Assembly: GCA_963850305.1 (NCBI GenBank)
Contig: CAWKKR010000007.1
Location: forward strand, 448,001-512,000
Length of the DNA: 64,000 bases
From: an uncultured delta proteobacterium
GTDB lineage: Bacteria > Myxococcota_A > Polyangia > Polyangiales > Polyangiaceae
Reading direction: 5' to 3'
Shown here: one piece after another, positions 41,408-51,580 of the stretch
How the letters are laid out: the number at the start of each line of letters is the position of its first letter
Position numbering within the stretch: the stretch's first letter is position 1
Notes under the pieces: generated by a model
Databases searched by the model: none
What the model was told of the DNA's origin: nothing
Seen by the model: only the letters and a program-made list of their open reading frames with translations
Translations under genes and position numbers: made by a program

Positions 41408-41872
41408 TCAGCGACCGGGCGCGGCGCCGCCCGCGCATGCGCGAGCCTCGCCTAGCTGGCACCCACGCTCCAGGAACCTCTTCGCTAGCGCCGCGTCCTT
41501 CGGGACGTCCGTGCCGGCAGCGAGCATCGTCCCCGCGCGATAGCAAGCCTGCCGATGTCCGTATTCACAGGCGTCGCCGAGCAATCGCACCCCCTCCCGC
41601 CCATCGTGCCGTGGCCCTTGCGCCAGGGCCGCATCTGCCAGAGAGACGCAGGAGTCAGCGTTCCTCTTCAGACACGCGCTCCGGAGGAGATCGCAAGCAG
41701 CGGGCTTGCCGTGTGCGCAGTCGTCCCCCCGGCGCGACAAGATGTCGAGCTCCGCGTGTGCGCGCCACGAAAGGAACGCGAACGAGCCGACTGTCGCGAC
41801 GACCGTGACGAGCACGGCACCCCCTATCGCCTGAAGCCCCGCTCGCGTCGAGTCGTTGGTGTTGGCGGACAA
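41408..41872 (-). CDS. Sel1-like Cys repeat protein
   Basis: ACEYGHRQAC...G.DVPKD...GCQLG..AC. Confidence 0.7.
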   Translation of the reverse strand: MSANTNDSTRAGLQAIGGAVLVTVVATVGSFAFLSWRAHAELDILSRRGDDCAHGKPAACDLLRSACLKRNADSCVSLADAALAQGPRHDGREGVRLLGDACEYGHRQACYRAGTMLAAGTDVPKDAALAKRFLERGCQLGEARACAGGAAPGR

Positions 41873-42034
41873 GCCGGCGGACTATACCCTCCCGGGCGGG
41901 GCTCTGCTCCGACCATCTCGATGTCGACTCGTGCCCCGCGGAACGCGACTCGGCACTTCGAGGCGCCGGTCGGTCGCGTGTCCTCGGCGCGCGCGTTCCC
42001 TTCCCGATGAAACCGTGCTGTCCTCGCGCACATC

Positions 42035-42574
42035 ATGCGCCGTTTCTTCATTGCTTCGTGCTTGGTCGCCGTTCCTTCCCTCCTGGGTTGCTCGAGCAAC
42101 AAGAGTTCCCCGGCGAACTCCTCCGAACCAGATGCGACCGCTCCAGTGGTCGATTCTGGTACTGAAATGTCCACGGATTGGCCCGCGTCCGTCGACGCTG
42201 GGCCTCTCGACTGTACGGCAGCGCGGTGGCCCGGTTTCAGTAACGCATGCTGGAGCTGCCTCTGCGACGCATGCGCTCCGCAGCTCGACGAGTGTGACGC
42301 GGGTTGCGTCAGCGTGCTCGACTGCGCGATCACGAATCAGACGTTCGGGAACGTGGCGGCGGACCTAAAGTGCGAAACGCTCCTCACGGCGCAAACTTGC
42401 GTAAAGGAGACCAGTCAGGTGCAGGCGGCGCTGGCCGTGATCCCACTCGACGCATGCCTCCTCTCGTCGGCGAAGAAGCTGACCGGGGAGTTCCGGACGT
42501 GCGATACGGCATGCGGCATCCGCTATCCCGGCGGCATCTGTGCGCGCAGCAAAGCTGACGCCGGCTCGAACTGA
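42035..42574 (+). CDS. Cys-rich lipoprotein
   Basis: LLGC lipobox; CxxCxxxxC modules. Confidence 0.75.
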   Translation: MRRFFIASCLVAVPSLLGCSSNKSSPANSSEPDATAPVVDSGTEMSTDWPASVDAGPLDCTAARWPGFSNACWSCLCDACAPQLDECDAGCVSVLDCAITNQTFGNVAADLKCETLLTAQTCVKETSQVQAALAVIPLDACLLSSAKKLTGEFRTCDTACGIRYPGGICARSKADAGSN

Positions 42575-42660
42575 CCCCCGGAGATCGCGTGAGTCGACCC
42601 TGCGTTTGGCCACGCCCGATGGGCGAGGCGCGTCGAAACGCGAGGACGCCCGTGACGTGC

Positions 42661-43344
42661 TCAATGCGCCGGTGGAGCTTTGCTGGCGTCGGGGGCGCGC
42701 GTTGCGGTCGGAGGATCGAGCACGAAGGCGGGCATCATGACCCTCAGCGTCTTTCTGCCGATGCCGCGTACCCGCAGGAGATCCGTGGGTCGGCGAAAAC
42801 GACCGAGCTTCTGCCGGAGCGCGACGATGGCCTGGGCGCGCTTCGGTCCGACGCGCGGCAGTTTCGTCAGTTCGTCGGTGGTGGCGGTGTTGAGGATTAC
42901 CTTGCCGTCGGCAGTGACGCCGGGTGGTGCGTTCGGCAGCGAGGAGGACGTCGGCGCTGGAGTGGGCGCTGCGTCTCCGCTCACCGAGGGGCCGCCACGG
43001 ACCGGCGGGGAGGTCTCGGCGGCCAGCCACATGCCGTTCGCATCAGCGCTGGCGACGGCCGTCACGGGGATCGGAACACCCCTTCCGGCGAGCGCGGATA
43101 CCGCTCCGATCGAGGCGAGCGCGAGCATGCCCGCGACGACGGCCGCCCCGCGCGACACGGCGCTCGTCCAGGCGCTCGCGCGGATCGCTTCGACGAGGCG
43201 CTCGCGTAACCGTGGGGATCGTAGAACTGCCGTTTCGGAGACGGCGGGGGCCCGCGTGTGGCCCCCGCCGAAGCCTTCGACGGCGGCAGGTGTGGGCGGA
43301 GACTCCGCTCGCGCGGTCGCGTCCATTCCTGCCGGCACCATCAC
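42661..43344 (-). CDS. comEA: ComEA-family helix-hairpin-helix DNA-binding protein
   Basis: LNTATTDELTKLPRVGPKRAQAI...DLLRVRGIG. Confidence 0.8.
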   Translation of the reverse strand: MMVPAGMDATARAESPPTPAAVEGFGGGHTRAPAVSETAVLRSPRLRERLVEAIRASAWTSAVSRGAAVVAGMLALASIGAVSALAGRGVPIPVTAVASADANGMWLAAETSPPVRGGPSVSGDAAPTPAPTSSSLPNAPPGVTADGKVILNTATTDELTKLPRVGPKRAQAIVALRQKLGRFRRPTDLLRVRGIGRKTLRVMMPAFVLDPPTATRAPDASKAPPAH

Positions 43345-43574
43345 GCGACGTCCGAAAGGGTGTCGTGCCCGTTCGCCGCGCGATCGAACGGCGCTGCCCC
43401 GTCTTCGCGCACGCTGTAATCCCGGATCTGGAGCTCGCCAGAGACCGGAACAGCATCGAGCTTCACGTTCAGCGAACCGTCGTTGTTCACGAAGGCCACG
43501 CCGATCCGATTCCAGTAGCTCTTGCTGTTCCGCTCGCTGATCACGTACACGATCTTCATTTTGCTTGCGTTCAT
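43341..43574 (-). CDS. Small beta-rich hypothetical protein (77 aa)
   Basis: MNASKMKIVYVI...WNRIGVAFVNNDGSLNVKLDAVP; GAGGTG RBS; stop overlaps the comEA start. Confidence 0.75.
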   Translation of the reverse strand: MNASKMKIVYVISERNSKSYWNRIGVAFVNNDGSLNVKLDAVPVSGELQIRDYSVREDGAAPFDRAANGHDTLSDVA

Positions 43575-43762
43575 GTTGTCTTCACCTCGTGTTGTGTCGC
43601 CGGCCGGCGCTGTTACCGGCCGACGCGAGAGTCCGGAATGCGAGGGCCGTGCCTGCCACGGAGCAGCCGAATTCGAGCCCGATTCGAGCGACGCCCGCCT
43701 GGCGACCGGGATCCTGGCCGGCGCGAGTCGCCGCAGCGAGCCAGGCGGTGTAGAAAGACCGC

Positions 43763-44830
43763 ATGCCGAATCGGATGGGTCGCCGTTCCTTCGTTCGAGG
43801 AGTCGTCGGCGCGGCGAGCACGGTCGCGCTGTCGGCACGCAGCGGGTGGGCCTCTCCGGCCCCGGATCTCGTCGCGCGACCCCCGGGGGGGTTTTCTCCC
43901 CTCACGTTGCCCGGCAAGGTCGTCAAGGTGACGAAGGGCACGGACTTTCCGTCGCTCATGCAAAAAAACCAGCTCTGGCCGAAGCTGGATGTGGCAAGGC
44001 AGATGGTGGAGCGCGCCCTCATGGAGCTCTCCGGTGCGGCGAACGCAACGGAAGCGATGAAGCGCTTCATTCACCCGGACGATGTCGTGGCCGTGAAATT
44101 GAACGGTATCGCGGGCCAGAAGGGCTACACGATGGCCGTCAATTACGAGGTCATCCTGCCCGTCGTGGAGGCGATCATCGGCGCGGGCGTTCCGGCGAAT
44201 CGAATCACGGTCTTCGAGCAGTATCCCTCGTACCTCCTCGGCACGCGTGTCGGCCTACCTGGACACGATCTGCCGGCTGGGGTGAAGCAGGGCGTGCACC
44301 GCAACCTCGACGCAACCATGCCCGAAACGGCCGTCTACATGGGGGTGAAGACGCGCTACGTCCGCTTCGTGACGGAGGCGACCGCCGTCGTCGATCTCAC
44401 CATGATGAAGGACCATTCGATCTGCGGATTCACCGGGGCGTTGAAGAACATGACCCATGGCCAGATAGTGAATCCGCAAGATCATCACGCGTTCCACGCG
44501 AACCCGCAGATCGCGCTGCTGTACAATTATCCGGTCTTGCAGAGCAGGGTCCGACTCCACCTCACGGACGCCTACAAGATCATTTACGACGGCGGCCCGC
44601 TCGACAAGAACCCCGAACGCCGGATCGCGCACGGCGCCATATACGCCTCGACCGATCCCGTCGCGCTCGACACCGTCGGCTGGGGCGTCATCGACGATGC
44701 TCGCCGTGCGAACGATCTGCCTTCGCTCGTCCGCGCTGGCCGTGAGCCCGCCTACATCCGCACGGCCGCCGAGCTCGGCGTCGGCATCCACGACAAGAAC
44801 GCGATCCGCCTGCGGCAGATTGCGATCTGA
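43763..44830 (+). CDS. Tat-exported DUF362 family protein
   Basis: GRRSFV twin-Arg; VAVKLN, MKDH...TGALKN, STDPVALD. Confidence 0.85.
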   Translation: MPNRMGRRSFVRGVVGAASTVALSARSGWASPAPDLVARPPGGFSPLTLPGKVVKVTKGTDFPSLMQKNQLWPKLDVARQMVERALMELSGAANATEAMKRFIHPDDVVAVKLNGIAGQKGYTMAVNYEVILPVVEAIIGAGVPANRITVFEQYPSYLLGTRVGLPGHDLPAGVKQGVHRNLDATMPETAVYMGVKTRYVRFVTEATAVVDLTMMKDHSICGFTGALKNMTHGQIVNPQDHHAFHANPQIALLYNYPVLQSRVRLHLTDAYKIIYDGGPLDKNPERRIAHGAIYASTDPVALDTVGWGVIDDARRANDLPSLVRAGREPAYIRTAAELGVGIHDKNAIRLRQIAI

Positions 44831-44831
44831 A

Positions 44832-45251
44832 TCACATGCAGGCGGGGATGCTGAGACTCGCGCCGGACGAGTTGACCGACGTGCAGCTCGCCGCAACCTG
44901 AGTCTGATCCGCGGCCGACAACGCTTCGCAGCTGGAGACCGAAAACCCCGAGCAGCTCGAGGTGTCGGTCTGGCTTTCCATCGCCGCGAGGGCCTGACAA
45001 CAAGCGGTCGTCTTCGCGCACGCGCTGCACGTGTCGCCTCCGCTGGCGGTGCCGCCCGCGCCCGAGCCGAGCCCGCCGGATCCGGTGCCCGACATACCCC
45101 GGACCCGAGTCCCGACGCGCCACCGGTCGAGGTCGTCGCAGGACAGGCCTGCTCGACGCCGGAGGGAGCGTGCCCCAAGGCCCGGCTGAGCGTCAATCTC
45201 CTCGAACGATGGGCGGCGGGTTCTACGAGCGGCCGCGACGGCTTCTTCCAT
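44832..45251 (-). CDS. Small Gly/Cys-rich protein; N-terminus unclear (possible frameshift or relic)
   Basis: C-terminal CSACAKTTACC...IPAC; upstream Gly-rich text continues in another frame near 45100. Confidence 0.4.
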   Translation of the reverse strand: MEEAVAAARRTRRPSFEEIDAQPGLGARSLRRRAGLSCDDLDRWRVGTRVRGMSGTGSGGLGSGAGGTASGGDTCSACAKTTACCQALAAMESQTDTSSCSGFSVSSCEALSAADQTQVAASCTSVNSSGASLSIPACM

Positions 45252-45314
45252 GCGGAAGATGCGCGGGCGGAGGCCCGTACTAACCTCTGTAGCAGTTTCG
45301 TTCGCGTGTCGACC

Positions 45315-46034
45315 ATGTTCCAGACTCGTCGGTCTTTTCCCTGGGCGCCTTGCGCGCTCGCTTTCGCGGTCGTCGCCGCCGGGTGCGCTCCGACGCCTCA
45401 GAAGCCCCCGGGCGTACCGCCGACGCCCGCTTCCGTGACCGAAGACGAGCCCGGAGGAGATGCGCACGACCCGCACGAGGCCGCGCTACTCCGCCAGCTC
45501 CATGAGCGCTGGGGCTATCAAGAAGACAGGGACGGCCAGCTCCGGGTGCCGCTGGTCGACTGGAGGAACTACGATCGCGTTCGTTACTGGGCGTTCGATC
45601 ATTTCGTCGGATTCAAATACGGCGACGACTATCACGTGATGAACGCCGTATTCATTCAGGACGTCCCGAAGGACGTGCCGATGGACAGCCAGACGTGTCT
45701 CGAGCGAGCGGAGAAGTGGGGATATCCACAACTCAAGAGCTTCGAAGTGAAGCTCGGCGAGCAACACGTCACGGCGACCCGCTGGCGCGGGCAACCCATC
45801 TACGTCGAGTCGGTCGACGGATACGTGGACTTCGGGCTCGCGCGCCGGCGCTTCTCGGCCGCCTACGCGGCGTACCCCGCGTATCCGGATGCGTGCCTCG
45901 TCTTCGGCATGGCGGTACCGTGGCGCAAGCACGAAGAGCTCGCCAAGGAAGTGCGCGACCGCTGGGTCAAGGAGGGCGTGCCCCTGATCCAGCCCCTGAC
46001 GAGGACGAAGCCGGTGCGATTGGCGGACCCATGA
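45315..46034 (+). CDS. Lipoprotein, unknown function
   Basis: AAGC lipobox; globular-looking composition. Confidence 0.75.
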   Translation: MFQTRRSFPWAPCALAFAVVAAGCAPTPQKPPGVPPTPASVTEDEPGGDAHDPHEAALLRQLHERWGYQEDRDGQLRVPLVDWRNYDRVRYWAFDHFVGFKYGDDYHVMNAVFIQDVPKDVPMDSQTCLERAEKWGYPQLKSFEVKLGEQHVTATRWRGQPIYVESVDGYVDFGLARRRFSAAYAAYPAYPDACLVFGMAVPWRKHEELAKEVRDRWVKEGVPLIQPLTRTKPVRLADP

Positions 46035-46299
46035 CGTCGATCCGGTCCGCGATCGAGCGCTCGGCGAGCCGCGCCGCGACGTAGACGAGGAGCGCCAGGA
46101 TCCAGATGCTCGAGCGAACCACCATCCTTTCCCGGAAGCCCCAGTAGGGCGCGAGGACCGGAACGACGAAGGCAATCAAGGCCCGCCAGCGCGGAGGGCG
46201 AGCGCCGAGCCCGAGGATGAGCGTCACGTGTGCGGTGACCGCCGCCGCGAAGGAAATGACGAGGATCGCCATCAGGAAAATGTCCAGGCGGCTCGTCAT
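45967..46299 (-). CDS. Small membrane protein
   Basis: Three hydrophobic segments; PVLAPYWG. Confidence 0.55.
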   Translation of the reverse strand: MTSRLDIFLMAILVISFAAAVTAHVTLILGLGARPPRWRALIAFVVPVLAPYWGFRERMVVRSSIWILALLVYVAARLAERSIADRIDVMGPPIAPASSSSGAGSGARPP

Positions 46300-46429
46300 C
46301 TCGGCTATCTTAAGCGACAACCCCCGGGTCGACCCGCCTCCCGCGCCTGCCCGGCCCGTCGCGCGAGTGAGCTACAGGATGGGCTACAAGAGTAGTGTTG
46401 CGGAGTCGCGGGCAGACTAGGCTTCGGGC

Positions 46430-48304
46430 GTGCGCCTTTCGACCTTGATCCCGTGGGCCGCTCTCGCCGGAGTGGTGGCTCCGCTCGTCATCGGTCTCGG
46501 TCTCGCGCGAGCCGACGGCTTCGCCGAGCGGAGCGACATTATCCCCGTCGACAAGATCAAGAAGGGGATGAAGGGCTACGGGCTCACGGTGTTCGATGGG
46601 ACCACCCCGGAGCGCTTCGGCGTCGAGGTCATCGGCGTTCTGAAGAACTTTCAGCCCCACCAGGAGCTGATCCTCATCAAGACGTTCCATCCTCGCCTCG
46701 ACATCACGAAGGTCGTCGCGGGAATGAGCGGTAGTCCCATCTATCTGGATGGCAAGATGGCCGGCGCGTACGCCTATGGATGGACGTTCGGCAGCGAACC
46801 CGTCGCGGGCGTCACTCCGATCCGCTGCATGCTCGACGAGCTCGCGCGGCCGCTGCCGAAGATCATCGACGGGTTCCGGCTCGATCTCTCGAGCCGACCT
46901 TCTCCGGCGTCCGCGGCGCGCGCCTCCATGACGGCGGGCAACCGCTACGCTGGGCAGCTCGAAAAGTACAATGCGCTCACGCATTCCGAGGAGCTCGCCC
47001 GCGCGTCTGCCGCCGAACACCCGTTGCCGGGTGGGCTCCGTCCCGTCGAAACGCCGCTGCTCGTCGGTGGCCTCTCGGGCGCCGGCATGGACCTGGCGAA
47101 GAAACTGCTCGCTCCGATGGGCCTCGACCCCGTGCAAGCGGGCGGCGGTGGAGGCGAGGACGAGCCGGACGCCCCCAGGCACTTCGTGGATGGCGGGGCC
47201 ATCGGCGTGCAGCTCATTCGCGGCGACATGAGTGCGATGGGGCTCGGCACCGTCACGCGCGTCGAGGGCGACAAGCTCGTCGCGTTCGGGCACCCGATGA
47301 TGGAGTCCGGCGTCACGGCGCTTCCGACCGCCATCGGTCGCGTCATCTGGTTTCTCGCGAGTGACTATCGATCGTTCAAGCTCGGGATGCCGGTCCGGAG
47401 CGTGGGCACGCTCGTGAACGATCGCGAAGCCGCGATCGTCGTCTCCGAGACGGCCAAGGCCCCCACCATCCCTGTCAGCATCGACATCAAGGGCGTCCCC
47501 GGCGTGAAGTTCACGGACTGGAATTTCACGCTCGCGCACGAGAAGTTCATGACGCCCTCCTTCCTCGCGGTCGCGCTCGGCAGCGCGGTGCAAACTGCCG
47601 CCTCCGATCACCAGGACGTGAGCTGGACGGCCAAGAGCACCCTCAAGATCAAAGGCTACGGCGAGATCACCCTCGACGATTTCGGCGTCTCGATCGGTGG
47701 GACACCCGATGCCCGCGAGTTCGCCGGCTCGAACCTCGTGCGCGCCGTGGGCGCGGTCATGAACAATCCATGGGAGCCCGCGATCATCGAGAGCGCCCAC
47801 ATGGACATCGAGTTCAAGTACGCGCGCGACGTGCTGCGCTTGCGCGGCGCCGAAGCCGTCGAGAGCGAAGTGGAAGCGGGAGGGACGGCTCGCATCCGTC
47901 TGACCCTCGAGCCGTTCGCGGGACCGCTCGTCACGCGCATCGTCGAGGTTCCGATCCCGAAGCACCTCGCAGGACAGTCCGTGACCCTCTCGATCCGGCC
48001 GGGTTACACGGTCGACAAGGAGCGCCCCGCGGCGGAAACGCTCGCAGACCTCGTGTCGAACCTCGTCGACCCCGTGTTCCCGCCGAAGTCCGTGGTGATT
48101 TCTTATCCGGGCGAGAACGCGGTCACGTTCAAGGGGCACGTCGCGGAAAACCTCCCGCCGGGCGCGTTCGATTCGATCAGACCGATGTCGGCAACCATCG
48201 CGCCGGAGCCATACCGCGCCGACGTGCATCAGGTGATCGCCTTGCCGGATTTCATGACCGGGCAGGACCGCGTGACGATCGACGTCAAGCCCGTCCTTCG
48301 CTGA
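46430..48304 (+). CDS. SpoIVB peptidase S55 domain protein
   Basis: GMKGYGLTVF.G, AGMSGSPIY..GK..GA, AFGHP. Confidence 0.88.
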   Translation: MRLSTLIPWAALAGVVAPLVIGLGLARADGFAERSDIIPVDKIKKGMKGYGLTVFDGTTPERFGVEVIGVLKNFQPHQELILIKTFHPRLDITKVVAGMSGSPIYLDGKMAGAYAYGWTFGSEPVAGVTPIRCMLDELARPLPKIIDGFRLDLSSRPSPASAARASMTAGNRYAGQLEKYNALTHSEELARASAAEHPLPGGLRPVETPLLVGGLSGAGMDLAKKLLAPMGLDPVQAGGGGGEDEPDAPRHFVDGGAIGVQLIRGDMSAMGLGTVTRVEGDKLVAFGHPMMESGVTALPTAIGRVIWFLASDYRSFKLGMPVRSVGTLVNDREAAIVVSETAKAPTIPVSIDIKGVPGVKFTDWNFTLAHEKFMTPSFLAVALGSAVQTAASDHQDVSWTAKSTLKIKGYGEITLDDFGVSIGGTPDAREFAGSNLVRAVGAVMNNPWEPAIIESAHMDIEFKYARDVLRLRGAEAVESEVEAGGTARIRLTLEPFAGPLVTRIVEVPIPKHLAGQSVTLSIRPGYTVDKERPAAETLADLVSNLVDPVFPPKSVVISYPGENAVTFKGHVAENLPPGAFDSIRPMSATIAPEPYRADVHQVIALPDFMTGQDRVTIDVKPVLR

Positions 48305-48312
48305 AAGAACCC

Positions 48313-50340
48313 ATGAACCAGGAAACGCCGCGCTTCATCGCAACCTCGACCTTGCTCGCTTTGCTGCTGGGAGCGTTCGACGCCGGAGCCGTCGGCACGC
48401 GAACGTTCGAGCTGAGCAAGGGGGACGACTTCAAGGGCGGCGACCTGAAGGGCGTCGCGGTCGACTCGTCGGGCGAGGTGCACGCCGGTTTCAATCTCGG
48501 GGACGTGCCGGCGACCGACGCCGAGTCGATTTGGTGTGCCCTCGTGCTCAAGGACGGCACCGCGCTCTTCGGCACCGGGAACGATGGCAAGATACTGTCG
48601 TCGGACGGCGCGACCGTCAAAGTGGCGGCCGAAACCGGTGCGCTGGTCGTAACGTCGCTCGTCGAGGCGTGGGGTGGAACCGTCTACGCCGCCACCTTGC
48701 CGGACGGCGAGATCTTCAAGTACGCGGGCGGCAAGGTCCAGAAATTCGCCAAGCTCGACGGGGCCGAGCACGTCTGGCAAATCGCGTTCGATCCGAAGAC
48801 GAAGTCGCTATTCGCAGCGACGGGGCCCGACGGAAAATTGTTCCGCGTGGACGCGCAAGGAACCGCCCAGGTCTATTTCGATGCGCCCGAGCAACATCTC
48901 GTGAGCGTGGCCGTCGCACCGGACGGCTCCGTTTACACGGGGTCCAGCGACAAGTCGAAGCTGTATCACGTGACCGGGCCCGGACGCGCGACGGTGGTGT
49001 ACGACTTCGGTCGCACCGAGGTCCGGGCGATCAGCGTCACGGACAAGGGTGTCGTCTACGCCGTCGCCAACGAGATCAAGAGCGGCACCGTCACGCCGAG
49101 TCGCAAGACGATAGCGTCCCCCGCCCAGAAGCCCGCGAAGACGACGGGCAAGGGAACGCTTTATCGCTTCGATGCCGATGGCACCCCCGAGCAGCTACTC
49201 GACGACAAGGACGACTACTACACGAGCCTCACCCTCGGCGACGACGGGCGACCTTACGTGGGGACCGGCGAGGAGGGGCGCGTCTACACCGTGGACGACA
49301 ACCACGATTCGATCCTCGTCGCGGATCTCGAGGAGCGCCAGGTCGGCGCCCTCGCCCTCCGGGGAAACAAGCGCTACGTTGCCGGAAGCGATCCGGCGGT
49401 GATACATCCGGTTCGAGGAGTGGGCGGCCCGGACGCCGTGTGGACGAGCAAGGTGCTCGACGCGGGGATCCGCGCGCATTTCGGCCGCCTCGACTGGCTC
49501 TCGGTCGGACAGCTCGAATTCTCGACGCGCTCGGGGAATACATCGGACCCGGACGACACGTGGAGCGCATGGAGCGCGCCGCTCGTCACCTCCGGCCCGG
49601 TGTCGAGTCCGGCGGCGCGGTTCGTCCAGGTGCGTGCGCGCTGGAGCCTCGACCCGCGCGCGGTGCTGTCAGGAGTCACGGTGCCATTCGTGACCGACAA
49701 CCTCCGCGCGGTCGTGACCGACGTCGAAGCCGAGGGGAACACACCCTCGCTGGTCACCGGTCTCGAAGAATCGGGAGGGCCGATGCCGAAGAAGTCCGGC
49801 ACCACGATTTCCCTGAAGTGGAAGGTGGAAAATCCCGACAAGGACGACCTCCGGTATCGCGTGGCGTATCGCCTCCTCGGGACGAACACCTGGTACGACG
49901 TGCTCGACCCCCGCGAGACGTTGACGAAGACCAGCTACAGCTGGGACACCGCGGATCTCCCCGAGGGTCGATATCGAGTGCGCGTCATCGCGACCGACGA
50001 CATCTCGAACCCGCCCGACCGCGCCCGGACCCACGAGCTCGAGAGCTCCGTCATCACCGTCGACAACACGCCCCCGACGATCCTGGACCTGGAAGCCGTG
50101 GGAAAGCGCGTGAAGGGGACCGTCGTCGATGGGGTCGGTCCGATTGCGCGGATCGAAGCGTCCGTCACCGGGAGCGATCAATGGATCCCGCTCTTCCCGA
50201 AGGACGGCGTGTTCGACCAGCCGCGGGAAGCATTCGATGCGGACATTTCCGCGCTGGCACCGAACGGCCATGCACTCCTGACGGTCCGCGCGTACGACCG
50301 CGCCGGAAATGTCGTCGTGCGCAACGTATCGTTGAAGTAG
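48313..50340 (+). CDS. Secreted beta-propeller + FN3/Ig-like protein
   Basis: Repeated YxGTG..G..Y blades; TRSGNT..PD..WS.W; WDTADLPEGRY; VDNTPP. Confidence 0.8.
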   Translation: MNQETPRFIATSTLLALLLGAFDAGAVGTRTFELSKGDDFKGGDLKGVAVDSSGEVHAGFNLGDVPATDAESIWCALVLKDGTALFGTGNDGKILSSDGATVKVAAETGALVVTSLVEAWGGTVYAATLPDGEIFKYAGGKVQKFAKLDGAEHVWQIAFDPKTKSLFAATGPDGKLFRVDAQGTAQVYFDAPEQHLVSVAVAPDGSVYTGSSDKSKLYHVTGPGRATVVYDFGRTEVRAISVTDKGVVYAVANEIKSGTVTPSRKTIASPAQKPAKTTGKGTLYRFDADGTPEQLLDDKDDYYTSLTLGDDGRPYVGTGEEGRVYTVDDNHDSILVADLEERQVGALALRGNKRYVAGSDPAVIHPVRGVGGPDAVWTSKVLDAGIRAHFGRLDWLSVGQLEFSTRSGNTSDPDDTWSAWSAPLVTSGPVSSPAARFVQVRARWSLDPRAVLSGVTVPFVTDNLRAVVTDVEAEGNTPSLVTGLEESGGPMPKKSGTTISLKWKVENPDKDDLRYRVAYRLLGTNTWYDVLDPRETLTKTSYSWDTADLPEGRYRVRVIATDDISNPPDRARTHELESSVITVDNTPPTILDLEAVGKRVKGTVVDGVGPIARIEASVTGSDQWIPLFPKDGVFDQPREAFDADISALAPNGHALLTVRAYDRAGNVVVRNVSLK

Positions 50341-50463
50341 CACGGGTCCCCTGACACGGATGTCAGGGTGGCTGCGGCGGGGGGCACGCCGGAAAAGGCG
50401 TGGTAACCTCTGTCGTCTGCTTAAGCTCGGGGTGCCGACACCTGCGGGCGCGTTCGTGCGACC

Positions 50464-51570
50464 ATGCCTGGCTTTCGTCCAAGATCGAAGCACTTTGCCG
50501 CGTCTCTGATTTCGCTCACCCTCGCTGGGTGCGCGTTCTCGGGCGCGAACTCGGAGGGCCTGGGAGGACCTCCGGGACCCGGGGATGGCGGCGTGCCGCG
50601 GAATGTGATCCGTCTCGACGCGAGCACGGTCGACGGCGGGTTCGTCGACGGCGGGGCACGACTGAATCCGCTGTGCGGCGACGGCTTCTGCGGTGGGAGG
50701 GCTCCGGACGATCCAGGGGCGTGCGCGGACGTGCGGGAGATCGGCGCCGAAGCAGGGATCTCGCCCCCGGGGCACGACGGAGGTCCGGCACCCGGCGGTC
50801 AGGATGCGTCGGCGGACGCCGCCTCCGGCGCGCAGATCCCGTTCGAGGGAGGCGCCGGTCGCGACGCGAGCTTCGAACGCGACGCGAGCGTCCTGATCGA
50901 TGCGGGAGCGGACACGTCGGACGCTTCGGACGCGGCATCCCCGTCGCCGGCGCACGAAGTCGATGCGTCGCGCGATGCGAGCGGTGTGGAGACGGCGCCC
51001 CAGTCATTGTCGTGTCAGGTGCGGAGCGACGATTACGGAGATCCGGTGCATCAATGCGTCCCGGCGGGCCTCGGGGGCGTATCTTCCGAGTGCAACGTCG
51101 CGCATGACTGCGCGCCGGGGCTTGCCTGCGTCACGCAACGCCCGGGCGAGGGGGTCTGCCTGCCATACTGCTGCAACACGCGGACCGCGTGCGGCGCCGG
51201 CACTTTCTGCACCGAGCGTGCGCTCATCGATGAGTCGGGGCTTCGCGTTCCGGTTTGCGCCCCGGCCGAAGGGTGCGTCTTGCTGGCGCCGGACCCGTGC
51301 ACCGGCGGTGCGTGCTGCGCATCGGGGACCGTTTGCAGCGTCGTCCTCGGCAACGGGACCACCGGTTGCGTCACCCCGGGTGCAGGCCGCAGTGGCGACG
51401 CTTGTCCCTGTGCGGGGGGCTACCTCTGTTCTGCGTCGACCAGCACGTGCGTGAAGATCTGCAAGACGGCCGGCGACGACACGTCGTGCACCCCCGGCCG
51501 TTGTCAGGCGACGGCGGGCTTTCCGGACGGATACGGTCTTTGCGTGGGCTTCGCGCCGACGTCGAGGTAA
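50464..51570 (+). CDS. Cys-rich lipoprotein
   Basis: LAGC lipobox; DAG/DAS linker; Cys-rich C-domain. Confidence 0.78.
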   Translation: MPGFRPRSKHFAASLISLTLAGCAFSGANSEGLGGPPGPGDGGVPRNVIRLDASTVDGGFVDGGARLNPLCGDGFCGGRAPDDPGACADVREIGAEAGISPPGHDGGPAPGGQDASADAASGAQIPFEGGAGRDASFERDASVLIDAGADTSDASDAASPSPAHEVDASRDASGVETAPQSLSCQVRSDDYGDPVHQCVPAGLGGVSSECNVAHDCAPGLACVTQRPGEGVCLPYCCNTRTACGAGTFCTERALIDESGLRVPVCAPAEGCVLLAPDPCTGGACCASGTVCSVVLGNGTTGCVTPGAGRSGDACPCAGGYLCSASTSTCVKICKTAGDDTSCTPGRCQATAGFPDGYGLCVGFAPTSR

Positions 51571-51580
51571 GGGACGCGAG

